Source: a virus. Taken from it: a DNA stretch of 64,000 nt. Location of the stretch: IMG/VR virus record IMGVR_UViG_3300026488_000011, positions 1-64,000 of that record; one strand, written 5' to 3'. The notes below the pieces were generated by a model, which was given only the letters and a program-made list of their open reading frames with translations, was not told the DNA's origin and made no database searches. Shown here piece by piece: positions 19,785-29,941 of this stretch (position 1 is the stretch's first letter; every line of letters begins with the position of its first letter). Position numbers and translations under genes: made by a program.

Positions 19785-19795
19785 TTAATGATATA
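19785..19795 (-). promoter_or_regulatory. Putative early promoter TATATCATTAA
   Basis: Recurrent motif following a terminator. Confidence 0.65.
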
Positions 19796-19812
19796 ATTGT
19801 AAAATAAAATGT

Positions 19813-19845
19813 GTATACATGTGAGATACTGCCTCACATGTATAC
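19813..19845 (-). terminator. Terminator hairpin overlapping the stop of the gp66-like gene
   Basis: GTATACATGTGAG-ATACTGC-CTCACATGTATAC, 13-bp stem. Confidence 0.75.
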
Positions 19846-20673
19846 TCTAGGTATTTTTGTTATTATTGCGTTATATCTAGACAGATCAGAAGATCTCAGA
19901 TCGTCCTTAATTTTAGTTAGTTTGGTATTGTAATTCCATCTTTTGTTTAGGGCTACTTCATAAATCCATTCTCTTAACTCTAGCTCTCTAGGTCTGATAT
20001 ATAAATCATCACCCATTATATAATACAATATTTCGTTAAATGGTATAATGCTCATATCTTTTTTCCCTATTTTATGCATCTTTGTATACCATTTATTGTA
20101 TTTCTTAATCTCTCCAGTATAAGATTCTATCAGATGTGTGTCTGGATGGTATTGATAATTTAACAGATCTATACCTACATGTGTAGTCAACAGTGTCTTT
20201 TGTCCTCTCATATCTGGTTTTGGTAAATATAGTGTCGTATTGAGAATAGGGAACAATTTCTCATCTGTCAAAATTTTAGCCATAGTTTCTATAGCAATCA
20301 TGCTTTCTTGTTTAAATCCTTTAAAATCGGAAATCTTTCTAACATTGTCTAACTTCTTAAACAGAGGTTTGTAGTTGTTAAAGTAAAAAATAACCTTTCC
20401 ATCTTTCAGATTCTCATTTATTATTTCAACTTCTGATAATAGTTCGTCTATTATCTTTAGCAAATTGGATTCTAGTCTTAAAAATCTAATCTTATCACTT
20501 GCTCTACCAGGCAGTAGGTTTATTAAATTTCTTAACAATGTTTTTACGTTAAACAGATAAACATCGTAGAATTTTAACAAGTCTTTCTCGATTATTTTTT
20601 CTAGAATTATACCGGTAGCGAAATTAATACCGGTATAACTTTTGTACTTACTGGGTATTAGACTCATCTTCAA
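19834..20673 (-). CDS. Conserved chimallivirus protein (phiKZ gp66-like)
   Basis: Synteny after SbcD; FNVKTLLRN, TTH..IDLL, LIESYTG, PFN motifs. Confidence 0.65.
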   Translation of the reverse strand: MKMSLIPSKYKSYTGINFATGIILEKIIEKDLLKFYDVYLFNVKTLLRNLINLLPGRASDKIRFLRLESNLLKIIDELLSEVEIINENLKDGKVIFYFNNYKPLFKKLDNVRKISDFKGFKQESMIAIETMAKILTDEKLFPILNTTLYLPKPDMRGQKTLLTTHVGIDLLNYQYHPDTHLIESYTGEIKKYNKWYTKMHKIGKKDMSIIPFNEILYYIMGDDLYIRPRELELREWIYEVALNKRWNYNTKLTKIKDDLRSSDLSRYNAIITKIPRVYM

Positions 20674-20706
20674 TCCTTTCTTAGCTATTTCTAGCTAAGT
20701 AATATA

Positions 20707-21825
20707 TTATAGTATATTTTTTAATTCAGCTTCTAACATATTTTTATCGACGTCAGGAGATATATTTTCTTTCACATATTGCTCAATGGTTTCTGAGTCT
20801 AATTTAGTTAATTCTATTTCTGTAGTTTTCTCAAGATCGAGTTCTTTCTCTTTTAAGTTTTGATTAGATTTCTTTTCTACTTTGAATTTTAGGTTAGGAT
20901 ATTTTTCCTTTAACTCTATCAAGTTTTGACTAAGAGCCGATCTATCGTTTACTATAAATCTGATATGGCCTTTATCTAGTTTTTTGTTTAATTTTTCTAA
21001 TTCTTTTTCTATCGCATCCCAACTCGTTTTATCTAAATCAAATGTCTTAAAATATAACGCATTTGTATTTTCTAATACCTTGTAATCAAATGTCCCGTCA
21101 GAATTCAGATACACTAACAAACCTCCCTTAATATCTCCCTCGTCGGCAAAAGTCAATCTATCAAAACTTCCAGGGACTAGTATGTTTTCATATTGACTTC
21201 TATTATGTACATGTCCGCAATTTATTGTATACCTAGCTAATTTTACATATTCGTCTTGATCGTGAAACGACTCTGATTGGATATGCGGTATTTGATATTT
21301 AAAAGCACCATGCATTACTATCACATCTACTTTATCTAAATCATTTTCTTCCAACTTCTTTTTAACATCTTCTAACACCTCAGAAGCTTTATGCTTCCAT
21401 TCATCCGGAATATATAGAAACCATAGACCTAAATCTTCTATGTACTCGACATCCAACTCTTCGAAGTATTTATAGTCTACCTTATCCTCTAGTCCTAGTG
21501 ATTTTATTATTTCGGTAAGCTGTTTCACTTGCTTCCTGTCATGACTAGGAGTGCCTTCTAAGATTCTTAATTTAATGTTATTCATACTGCAATATTGTAC
21601 CAATCTTGATAACCAACTATAGGCTAATATACTGTCTTTGTTAGCATTTGATAATAATCTGTCAAATACATCCCCAGATATTATTATCATATCCACGTTG
21701 TCTATATCTCTTTTATATTTTATAAAAAATCTGTCCAAATTGTTTATAATGTTGGTTGTTTTATTTATATCGTGTCCCAAATGTATATCTGATAATAGTA
21801 AATATTTTACTATATGTTTATTCAT
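20707..21825 (-). CDS. sbcD: SbcD/Mre11-like metallophosphoesterase nuclease (phiKZ gp65-like)
   Basis: SDIHLG, GDVFD, GTPSHD, MHG, GHVH, PGSFDRL motifs. Confidence 0.9.
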   Translation of the reverse strand: MNKHIVKYLLLSDIHLGHDINKTTNIINNLDRFFIKYKRDIDNVDMIIISGDVFDRLLSNANKDSILAYSWLSRLVQYCSMNNIKLRILEGTPSHDRKQVKQLTEIIKSLGLEDKVDYKYFEELDVEYIEDLGLWFLYIPDEWKHKASEVLEDVKKKLEENDLDKVDVIVMHGAFKYQIPHIQSESFHDQDEYVKLARYTINCGHVHNRSQYENILVPGSFDRLTFADEGDIKGGLLVYLNSDGTFDYKVLENTNALYFKTFDLDKTSWDAIEKELEKLNKKLDKGHIRFIVNDRSALSQNLIELKEKYPNLKFKVEKKSNQNLKEKELDLEKTTEIELTKLDSETIEQYVKENISPDVDKNMLEAELKNIL

Positions 21826-21871
21826 ACCTCTGCCTTTCTGTGAAAATCATATTAGTAGTAAGGAGTAAACA

Positions 21872-22288
21872 ATGTCAACATTACCCACATTATCAGGGGC
21901 TGGCTTTACCAATGATGGTAGAGTAAAACTCTATAAGTTATTTGCTTACTTTATAGCTAGTGATTATTCTCAAACAGTATTATACTATGGGAATGTATCC
22001 AGCCTAAAGTATCTATTAATGAAATACGGAGACGACTTTACTACATTAAAGTCTGAAATAAATTCTACCTTAATGTCTATGTATAGGAGATACTTTCCTA
22101 CAGTAGAAGTAAACACTGATGTAGTGGAAGAGAATGGTCCTGATGGTACTGTCTACAATAAATTAACCATAGAAATTACATGCATAGATAAAGATAACAA
22201 AGAGTATAGTCTCACCCAGGACATTAGATATGCAAACGATATCATCCAAGAGTTAGACAACATACTAACTAGATTAAATCAAGTATAA
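21872..22288 (+). CDS. Conserved phiKZ-like virion protein (possibly gp25-like)
   Basis: 138 aa, SD and late-type promoter; SDYSQT..Y.GNVSSL motif. Confidence 0.55.
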   Translation: MSTLPTLSGAGFTNDGRVKLYKLFAYFIASDYSQTVLYYGNVSSLKYLLMKYGDDFTTLKSEINSTLMSMYRRYFPTVEVNTDVVEENGPDGTVYNKLTIEITCIDKDNKEYSLTQDIRYANDIIQELDNILTRLNQV

Positions 22289-22298
22289 GGAGTGTTAA

Positions 22299-22913
22299 AT
22301 GGAATCTAAACAAAACAATAACCCTATGGAAGCTTTAGTAAAACAAAATAAGAATGAACTAAAAAAGTATCTAGAGGACATGAGTGGTATAGTGAAAGAA
22401 GCAATAGTGGAAGATGTGGAATTAGTTAGATCGGATTTTGAAAAATACTTTTTACCTATGATTACAATGCAGGTGGAACCTAATGAGGAAAACATGAAAA
22501 GGTTTATAAACAATATTTTGGCAGTGACTGAATCTTACTTCTTGGGAATAAAGGTAATCGATGATGTTACCAAGGAAGAATTATTCCTGTTACCTCCATT
22601 GATGCTAGATCTAGACCTTAACGACCCTATGATGAGAAACATTAGTTTCTTTAAATTACTAAATATGTACAAGAGCATCGAAGAAAATAGTGGTTCAGAA
22701 GCTAGAGCTTTTCTAGGTAAAACATTACCAGCGTTAGCAAGTCAAGCTTTCAAACCTGATCCTGAAAAAACAAAGAGATATATGGAAGGCCTATTAAAGC
22801 TATATAAGTTCTACGGTTTATTAGACGAAAAAGGACAACCGCTAGAAAACACCCAAAATGGTAATAGAGAATATGAAGATAATATAGGAGAATTTTTGGA
22901 TTATGACGATTAG
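22299..22913 (+). CDS. Conserved hypothetical protein
   Basis: 204 aa with SD; F.KYFLP...LFLLPPL pattern. Confidence 0.7.
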   Translation: MESKQNNNPMEALVKQNKNELKKYLEDMSGIVKEAIVEDVELVRSDFEKYFLPMITMQVEPNEENMKRFINNILAVTESYFLGIKVIDDVTKEELFLLPPLMLDLDLNDPMMRNISFFKLLNMYKSIEENSGSEARAFLGKTLPALASQAFKPDPEKTKRYMEGLLKLYKFYGLLDEKGQPLENTQNGNREYEDNIGEFLDYDD

Positions 22914-22931
22914 GAAATATCCTAATCGTCA
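22904..22931. terminator. Bidirectional terminator containing both convergent stop codons
   Basis: TGACGATTAGGA-AATA-TCCTAATCGTCA; both flanking proteins end in DD*. Confidence 0.8.
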
Positions 22932-23272
22932 ATCACTAATTCTCTTTCTAACGGATCTAGTAAAATACTATAGAGATACATATCGTTTTCAAGATCTCTA
23001 CTTATCACCATCATTCTTTTTTTGTTGCCTATAAAAAATGTTATCATAATAGGTGTTCCGTCTGATGTTAAATTGTTTATCAGGTCCTTATTTTTCTCGA
23101 TGATATCATTTGCCAATAATCTAGTAAGAATGTTGTAAAACAACTCCTTGTCCCTAAGAGGATCATATTTGAATTTGGTAATAGATTTCATAATTTCCTT
23201 AGTTCTCTCGATTAAATCCTCTATACTACTCTCTAGAATGTAAGAATTATTCTTCTCATGTTTTAACTTCAT
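22922..23272 (-). CDS. Hypothetical protein
   Basis: 116 aa with SD. Confidence 0.7.
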   Translation of the reverse strand: MKLKHEKNNSYILESSIEDLIERTKEIMKSITKFKYDPLRDKELFYNILTRLLANDIIEKNKDLINNLTSDGTPIMITFFIGNKKRMMVISRDLENDMYLYSILLDPLERELVIDD

Positions 23273-23283
23273 TTCTATCTCCT

Positions 23284-24591
23284 TTATTTTTCTAACGTAA
23301 AATTCAGTAATCCTGCATTTTCTCGCTTTATGATATTGTAACTTAAACTCAGTTGCTGTAGGTTACCTCTCTTTTCCGCTACTCTATCGTTTTTCAAGTA
23401 CACGTATTTTAATAACATACCTGGCTTGAATATTCTTTCATCTATGTTTCTTAACAATACTTTAGCGTCTATTGTACTGTTTTTTAAGATCTGGCTCCTG
23501 AATTTATATAGGTTATCATCGAAGTTTGTGTTAATTAAATTAGGTATCATATTCGCTAATTTATCAGAGAAGACATGCTCGGTCATGGCATGTTTATCCA
23601 CTACCATCTCTTCTTCATTTACTAGAGTAAAGTCCTTGCTGATTGCTGGTAGAGGATATGTGATATTTAAACCACTTCCATACTTGGTTAGTTTGTTAGC
23701 TACTTGATTATCTATCTCTATATCGTTAGTGACGATTTTGTAGATTTTATTTTCCTTTAAATATGTGACATCGTTAAGATCAATACCTATAGTCTTACTG
23801 TTATAAAAGATAAGTTTAGGTTCATGACTAATATCAAATATCTCATGGTTATAGAGCTGGTAGATGTAACTTCTGTATTTACCCTCTCTGAGTTGTTTTA
23901 TAAATGAATTTATCCCACCATTATATACACCATAGTCAAAGTCCTGTAGATAATGAGGTAATTTAGCTAACTTAGTAAATGATTTTACAATTATGTGGTC
24001 ATAAATCCTTTTATTATCTGGTAGTCTCATATCGATACTATAGTCAATATTCTTACCTGCAATTCTTACTCTATTCATAGAGTAAGATAATAATGTCTTT
24101 ATTACGTTTTCTACAGTAGTGTCTTTATAAACGCCACTCACATACAACTGCCTATAAATAGCTAAAATAGGATCAATGCATTGTCCTTTTACTAATACTA
24201 CATCCATAGTGTTTAACTTATCCTTATCTAATCCATCATACCTACTGTTTTCAAACTCTTTTTCTTGCGATAAAATCATGAATTTATATCTAGTTATTCT
24301 AGGCACATTTTCATCTGGAAACTTTACTAGAATTGATATTTCTAAGTTATCCTTTTTAGGGTAAACATGTTTTAAGTAATCACCCATAGGCATCAAGAAG
24401 TCTACCGTGATTTCAGAAGATATAGCCGAGTTATAATTCTCCACCACATCGTAATACAATGGATAGTTGATAGGGATATCTTCAGTATCCGTATGTAGTA
24501 TATACCTAATATCTGGAAATACAAATCGATTAGAATTATTGATTATTGATCTTACCTCTTTTTCTAGCAATTTAGCTGTATACATCGTCAT
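23284..24591 (-). CDS. Virion structural protein, likely baseplate hub (phiKZ gp101-like)
   Basis: 435 aa at the end of the structural cluster; LPDN.RIYDHI and LQ..DYGVY..G motifs; synteny. Confidence 0.55.
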   Translation of the reverse strand: MTMYTAKLLEKEVRSIINNSNRFVFPDIRYILHTDTEDIPINYPLYYDVVENYNSAISSEITVDFLMPMGDYLKHVYPKKDNLEISILVKFPDENVPRITRYKFMILSQEKEFENSRYDGLDKDKLNTMDVVLVKGQCIDPILAIYRQLYVSGVYKDTTVENVIKTLLSYSMNRVRIAGKNIDYSIDMRLPDNKRIYDHIIVKSFTKLAKLPHYLQDFDYGVYNGGINSFIKQLREGKYRSYIYQLYNHEIFDISHEPKLIFYNSKTIGIDLNDVTYLKENKIYKIVTNDIEIDNQVANKLTKYGSGLNITYPLPAISKDFTLVNEEEMVVDKHAMTEHVFSDKLANMIPNLINTNFDDNLYKFRSQILKNSTIDAKVLLRNIDERIFKPGMLLKYVYLKNDRVAEKRGNLQQLSLSYNIIKRENAGLLNFTLEK

Positions 24592-24638
24592 CCTTCTTAA
24601 TGTATTTTATTCATAAAAGGATAGGAAAGAATATTAAT

Positions 24639-24664
24639 GCTAGAGGTTTAGTCAAACCTCTAGC
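24639..24664 (-). terminator. Terminator hairpin overlapping the stop
   Basis: GCTAGAGGTTT-AGTC-AAACCTCTAGC. Confidence 0.7.
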
Positions 24665-25170
24665 TTACTGATATCGATCTTAGGTCCAGTAGGTCCTTGG
24701 ACAAACATGTCTTCTCCAAAATCATCTTCCTCAATTTCTTCTTTAATTTTATTCTGGATATAATCTTTATTTATATCTAATACATTTTCTAGAAATAATT
24801 CCATCTTTTCCTTTAGTAAGTTGTCATCAGTGCTTACTGAGTATTTTAGTAGTTCTAAAGCTTCTGCTATGGATTCTGCTATATGCGGGATTTCATTACT
24901 GTCTTTTATAAATATTGGAAAACCGTCGTAGTTTATGTCTATCAAACGACTGATAGGCAACATTACAGTATCCATTTCTTTTACTGTTTGCTTTCTATCT
25001 AGTTTGCCATCCACAAACACTCCAGGTAGACCAAAGTTCTCCAGTTCTGCTTCTGAATAAAGAGCCAGTCTAGGCACTCTCACTAGCACTAATCTTTTTA
25101 GGTTATCAAAAACTTTTCTTCTTAGTTCGATAGGACTAATATAGCCTCCAATTGGTGTATTCATTTTCAA
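24652..25170 (-). CDS. Conserved hypothetical protein (phiKZ gp100-like)
   Basis: 172 aa; synteny within the structural cluster. Confidence 0.6.
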   Translation of the reverse strand: MKMNTPIGGYISPIELRRKVFDNLKRLVLVRVPRLALYSEAELENFGLPGVFVDGKLDRKQTVKEMDTVMLPISRLIDINYDGFPIFIKDSNEIPHIAESIAEALELLKYSVSTDDNLLKEKMELFLENVLDINKDYIQNKIKEEIEEDDFGEDMFVQGPTGPKIDISKLEV

Positions 25171-26408
25171 ATCCTTTGTCTAGGTAAGTTCGATAAATAA
25201 TATCTACCTATAGTGTACAGGATGGGTATGAAATATAATTGTTGTATTTCTCCTATTTCTGGTAGTATTCTGATGGCATTTATGATATCGTTAAACTCTA
25301 TAGGTTCTCTATAAATTACTGACAGTGTCATGTTTTCCAGTTTAGTCAGTTCTTTATCTGTGTTATTTAAAAGTACATCATAAAAGCCTTCTCCAAACAA
25401 GTAATAGTCGTTTGTCGATAAAACAGGGAAATATTCATTCTGTATATTGTCTTTTATTTCTAATTTACCATCTGGATTATCGGCGGGTAATAATACTTTA
25501 GTAACATTACTATATCTTAATGGTTTTAAGAATGGATTAACTCCAAAACGTGTAGGATATTCCAATTTGAACTTTGTTTTAATATATTCCGGATAAACAC
25601 TTTCATCTAGCATCATGTCTAGAAATGTACTTTCTCCTACATCTAGACCATAGGTATAAATTTTAGGACTAAGCTTACTTCTTCCCATAACTTCTAAAAC
25701 AAACTTTTCTAATATAGGGTCATAAATTATATCAGCATCTGATTTAAAACATAAAACATTGTAAAGATCAGGTCTGATAAAACGTCTGTTAAAATACTTT
25801 AACAGATTCTCTAATTCTTCCTTTAGAAGAGAGAGATTATTATAATCAGTCTCTGTATATAGAGGTTCTGATTGGTCAATAGCATAATCCTTATTGTACA
25901 CTAACGTATTGACAGTCTTGCTTAACAGTCTATCTAATATGTCTTTATTACTCTCGTCTATTATGGCACGTATTTTAAATTCTATTTTAAACACATTGTA
26001 GAGATTATATACGCCTCTTTTCACGCTTGTTAACGAAAATAAACCTATCCTACCGTCTACCAGCTTAGCTGTAAATAAGTCTCCTAGTTTAGGCACGATA
26101 TTTAGATCTATTAGACCACTGCCTTCTAACTCAGTAGGAGATGCATTATTCAAAGGACTATCCAGATAGATGACAGCGTCTTTTATTCTAACATATTCTG
26201 TAATAGGTAAATCTATACTGATATCGTAATCTGATTGATAGTCAGTAAGATCGGTAATCAAATTGAAATAATCCACTGTCCATGGATATCCTCTTAATTG
26301 CTTCACAATAGCTGTATCCGGTGCTTCTGATTCCATTATAGGTGTAGGCGTAACATTAACTTCTTTACTCTCTATCTTTATATTTTCTTTTACATTAAAT
26401 ATTGACAT
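25167..26408 (-). CDS. Virion structural protein (phiKZ gp99-like)
   Basis: GYPWTVDYF, P..GDLF.A and Y.FIPIL motifs; synteny. Confidence 0.6.
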   Translation of the reverse strand: MSIFNVKENIKIESKEVNVTPTPIMESEAPDTAIVKQLRGYPWTVDYFNLITDLTDYQSDYDISIDLPITEYVRIKDAVIYLDSPLNNASPTELEGSGLIDLNIVPKLGDLFTAKLVDGRIGLFSLTSVKRGVYNLYNVFKIEFKIRAIIDESNKDILDRLLSKTVNTLVYNKDYAIDQSEPLYTETDYNNLSLLKEELENLLKYFNRRFIRPDLYNVLCFKSDADIIYDPILEKFVLEVMGRSKLSPKIYTYGLDVGESTFLDMMLDESVYPEYIKTKFKLEYPTRFGVNPFLKPLRYSNVTKVLLPADNPDGKLEIKDNIQNEYFPVLSTNDYYLFGEGFYDVLLNNTDKELTKLENMTLSVIYREPIEFNDIINAIRILPEIGEIQQLYFIPILYTIGRYYLSNLPRQRI

Positions 26409-26462
26409 ATTCGCTCCTTATTACATATCTTCACGGAAAAGAATGAGTAGTATCCTGATAGT

Positions 26463-27872
26463 CTATCGACTATCAGGACTTAATATTAACGCTATGATTC
26501 TCATCAGCATTACAGTAAACATAGAATTTCCATACTCATAATGTCCGTATATGTTTAGTTTATCTAACATCTCTCTCCATTGCGATATAAAGTCTTCAGG
26601 TAGACCATTCACATTGTAAAGCATATTTAAATCCCAGACTACGTTCAATAACAATCTATAAGTCTTTAATGTGTCTAATGGTTTGCTAGTCCTTATTTCA
26701 CCGTTCTCGTTTAGATAAAGACCCATGTCTTTCACAAAGGCATCTTCCAAAATTTCAAAATGTACAAAATCCATACCTGGAGTAAATAATGATTTTCCTA
26801 CTCTTGTTTTCAAGTATTTGAGAAAGAAATCATTCATATTCAGAGCTTTAAGTTCTTCTATACTAGTGATGTAGTAAGGATCACTTGGGTCTACTTCTAA
26901 GAGTATAGATAATAATCTTATCATACCCGGTTTTACAGGCACATGTTTGAAATCAAAACTATCAAAGTTAGGTATTCTTATTATCACATCACCAGTTCTG
27001 AGATATCTATAAATAGATTCTTTTATCTTGGCAAATGCTTCGGCATAGTAACTACCTTTTTCACCTACTAACGTAGCTTGCTCCTGCGGAATAAAGTCTT
27101 TTTTAATAGGTTTATTATTTACTAATAGAGGGTATTGTGTAAACAATGTATACGGAACTTCTAAATCTATAGAGTATTGAAATTCTATGTAATATCCTTT
27201 GCTGTCGTCTTTATCAATCCTTATTTCAAAAGGATCTGTAACAAGATGCGTGAGTACACTAGGTTGTTGTTCCCTTACTACCGGCACGGAATATTCATCT
27301 GTTCTGCTTCTCATAAAGTCTAGAGGTACCGCAGCTATGTTAATCAAATAGTCCTTAGGAGGTATATTTTTCAACTCAGCTATGTTTTCTATAAGAGCCA
27401 ATAGTGGCACCGGAATAGTATAGTAATACTCCACATCAGTATGGAGTATGTTATTATCTAAAGTAGCGGAAGATTTAAGTAATGATAAAATCTTAACTAA
27501 GACATTTCTATTTCGAGAATAATATCTGAAATTTATGTTATACGTAGTGTTAATTAGGTTAGGCAATACAAAAAATCCTATTCCTTTATCTCTCAAGATA
27601 GCCTTAGTATCAGGATCTGATACAGTATTGTTATAAACATATTCGCCTTCAGTGATTTTCTCGACAGTGATTTCCAAATATTCTTCTTTCATCTTGTTAT
27701 CAGCAATATGAGGCTCGGTTTCAAAATTGCTAGCCTCTTTATCAGATAAGTAAAATGTGTATAAGTTTTCAGACTTTAAAATAGTATTTTTTACTAGTTC
27801 TACTACAGATTTTACGATAGGTCTATCGATGGTAAAATCTGTATTATTCAGTAATACTATTCTCTTTATCAT
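26463..27872 (-). CDS. Virion structural protein (phiKZ gp98-like)
   Basis: 469 aa; RPIVKSVV N-terminus; synteny. Confidence 0.6.
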   Translation of the reverse strand: MIKRIVLLNNTDFTIDRPIVKSVVELVKNTILKSENLYTFYLSDKEASNFETEPHIADNKMKEEYLEITVEKITEGEYVYNNTVSDPDTKAILRDKGIGFFVLPNLINTTYNINFRYYSRNRNVLVKILSLLKSSATLDNNILHTDVEYYYTIPVPLLALIENIAELKNIPPKDYLINIAAVPLDFMRSRTDEYSVPVVREQQPSVLTHLVTDPFEIRIDKDDSKGYYIEFQYSIDLEVPYTLFTQYPLLVNNKPIKKDFIPQEQATLVGEKGSYYAEAFAKIKESIYRYLRTGDVIIRIPNFDSFDFKHVPVKPGMIRLLSILLEVDPSDPYYITSIEELKALNMNDFFLKYLKTRVGKSLFTPGMDFVHFEILEDAFVKDMGLYLNENGEIRTSKPLDTLKTYRLLLNVVWDLNMLYNVNGLPEDFISQWREMLDKLNIYGHYEYGNSMFTVMLMRIIALILSPDSR

Positions 27873-28473
27873 TTTCTACTTCTTCTACGAAAGGTTTGAC
27901 CTTCATCATTGTTAATAAATCTACACTTAATACTAGACCTAATACTGCTCCGTAATGAGCAAATGCAAAGGCGATAGCATCCGTTACAGTAAGATCAATG
28001 TTTCTTTTCTTCATATCGTCTATTATTTCATCAATTTCTAATTCTAAAATTTCGTAACCGTATTGTTTACCTTCTTCTAGTGCTTTAAATCTTTCGTAGT
28101 ACATGAATAGTATTATATCCCTATGATTCTGATCTTCTAACTGGGATATCGGTCTTAATGCTCTCTTTCTAACTAACTCGTCTAAAGACAGAACAGGACT
28201 GGTCATTATTTCTTTTACCTTATTTTCTAAATCGTCTGTTGACATATCTTCAAACCACTCATTAACTGCTTTATACATGTTTACGTTGTTGACATTTAAT
28301 TCCACATTGTCTAAAATATCTTTTATCTTTATTCCTGGATCAGGTAGTAAAGATACTAAATATCTGTTTAAGCTACCTACATTATTTCTTACATCTTCAC
28401 AATCTAAAGTACCTTTTCTAATACATTTTATTGCTTTCAATACCAGTGTTTCAAATTTAGCTTTACTTATCAT
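27844..28473 (-). CDS. Hypothetical (probably virion) protein
   Basis: SD-supported ATG at 28473 (MISKAK), overlapping the upstream stop. Confidence 0.65.
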   Translation of the reverse strand: MISKAKFETLVLKAIKCIRKGTLDCEDVRNNVGSLNRYLVSLLPDPGIKIKDILDNVELNVNNVNMYKAVNEWFEDMSTDDLENKVKEIMTSPVLSLDELVRKRALRPISQLEDQNHRDIILFMYYERFKALEEGKQYGYEILELEIDEIIDDMKKRNIDLTVTDAIAFAFAHYGAVLGLVLSVDLLTMMKVKPFVEEVENDKENSITE

Positions 28474-29866
28474 TTTCTTTCCTTTCGTATAATTTAATAT
28501 TAGCATCTAGGTAATCGTAAATAGAGTAGTTGTTAAATGTTTGAACTGTCTTAATCAATCCACTAAATGAATCGTTAATAAACTTAAACTCTGTTCTAAG
28601 TAATACGTTTAACATTAGTTTGTATGCTTCTGCTTTTTTGCCTTCTAGACTACTAGCCTGTACTTTAAGTTCGTAAATAAAGTCTTTAAATGTCTTTAAC
28701 TTCTTTTTATTTTCTTTTAATATCAAAGCCATGTATTTACTGTTGATCTTTAACTCTCTGACTATGTTTTCCATAGCACTTACTGATAATACTTTAATCG
28801 GTACATTATTCGTATCCACGTTTTTATCATTAAACTCGAGCTTGCTATATTTGATTAATTTATAGATACTAGGCAATCTCTCTAGAATAAATGAAATATT
28901 ATCATCGTTCTTTCTATTACTGAGTTCTAGTATCACGTTTTTCATTTCAGGATTTTTATACATCCTGTCAGCTAACACTACCTTATCAGGCTTTATAAAT
29001 AGTATGTTTATGCGGTGATCATAATTGGGATCTAATCTTTGGTTTAGATATTGATCTACAATAGGTAAACCTATACGCTTATTGTAATACCCATGTATGA
29101 AAAACATTTCGTAATAATCTATTAAATCATTTTGATCTCTAGGTATCGCTTTCTTATCAGACAGATTTACTTTTAAGAATTTACTAGCAATACTCTTTAC
29201 CTTTTCTTTAAGAAATGAATTAGTATCTTCTATGTTTGCTAGTAATACAATATTATTATATTCTTTCACATCTAATCCTCTAATTACGTTAAAGAATCTA
29301 CTCAGACCTATGTCGCTAATCTCTCCTCCTAATATGTATACTCCGGTTAATTTTCTTCTCAACGTCTTAATATCTTTCTCTGTAAAAGAAGTCAGTGGAC
29401 TATCTGAGTACTTTAAATTAGAAATCTTTTTTTCAATACTACTTAACAATACTGTCTTGCCGGTAGCTAGTCTAAATAAGATAGTAACAATTTTAACTAA
29501 TAAGTCTGCTAACAATTCGAGCGATTTAATAATTATATCGACTAATTTATAAAAAACTTTTTTACCTAATTTTACCCAGTCAATATCATCAACATCTTCA
29601 AATCCGAGTACTTGTTGATTGTTAGCCAAGATATCCAAATTGGTTTCATATTTTCTATCTAATATCTCAAATGCTAGATCTAGTTCCACTAGTTCTCTAG
29701 ACTTTTCAATCATCGCATCTAGGTCTATGTTTGCATCAATATCTTCTACAGCCAGCATTTCTTTCTTCATCCATTTACCCATATACCATTCTTCGTTAGG
29801 TATTTTTGTCATCTCTGAAGTCTTTATTTTATCCTCGAGATATTTGTTAAAATCTAAATTAAACAT
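28463..29866 (-). CDS. Internal head/ejection protein paralog 3
   Basis: Acidic propeptide ending LGFE, then an amphipathic KL.KKV..KL.D.I helix, as in phiKZ gp93-97-type families. Confidence 0.65.
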   Translation of the reverse strand: MFNLDFNKYLEDKIKTSEMTKIPNEEWYMGKWMKKEMLAVEDIDANIDLDAMIEKSRELVELDLAFEILDRKYETNLDILANNQQVLGFEDVDDIDWVKLGKKVFYKLVDIIIKSLELLADLLVKIVTILFRLATGKTVLLSSIEKKISNLKYSDSPLTSFTEKDIKTLRRKLTGVYILGGEISDIGLSRFFNVIRGLDVKEYNNIVLLANIEDTNSFLKEKVKSIASKFLKVNLSDKKAIPRDQNDLIDYYEMFFIHGYYNKRIGLPIVDQYLNQRLDPNYDHRINILFIKPDKVVLADRMYKNPEMKNVILELSNRKNDDNISFILERLPSIYKLIKYSKLEFNDKNVDTNNVPIKVLSVSAMENIVRELKINSKYMALILKENKKKLKTFKDFIYELKVQASSLEGKKAEAYKLMLNVLLRTEFKFINDSFSGLIKTVQTFNNYSIYDYLDANIKLYERKENDK

Positions 29867-29907
29867 TCTTTCTCCTTACTGAAACGTATTCACAGAAAAA
29901 AAGTAGA

Positions 29908-29936
29908 ATAGTGATCGACTAATTGTCGATCACTAT
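29908..29936 (-). terminator. Terminator hairpin
   Basis: ATAGTGATCGAC-TAATT-GTCGATCACTAT followed by a U-tract on the minus strand. Confidence 0.8.
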
Positions 29937-29941
29937 CTTAT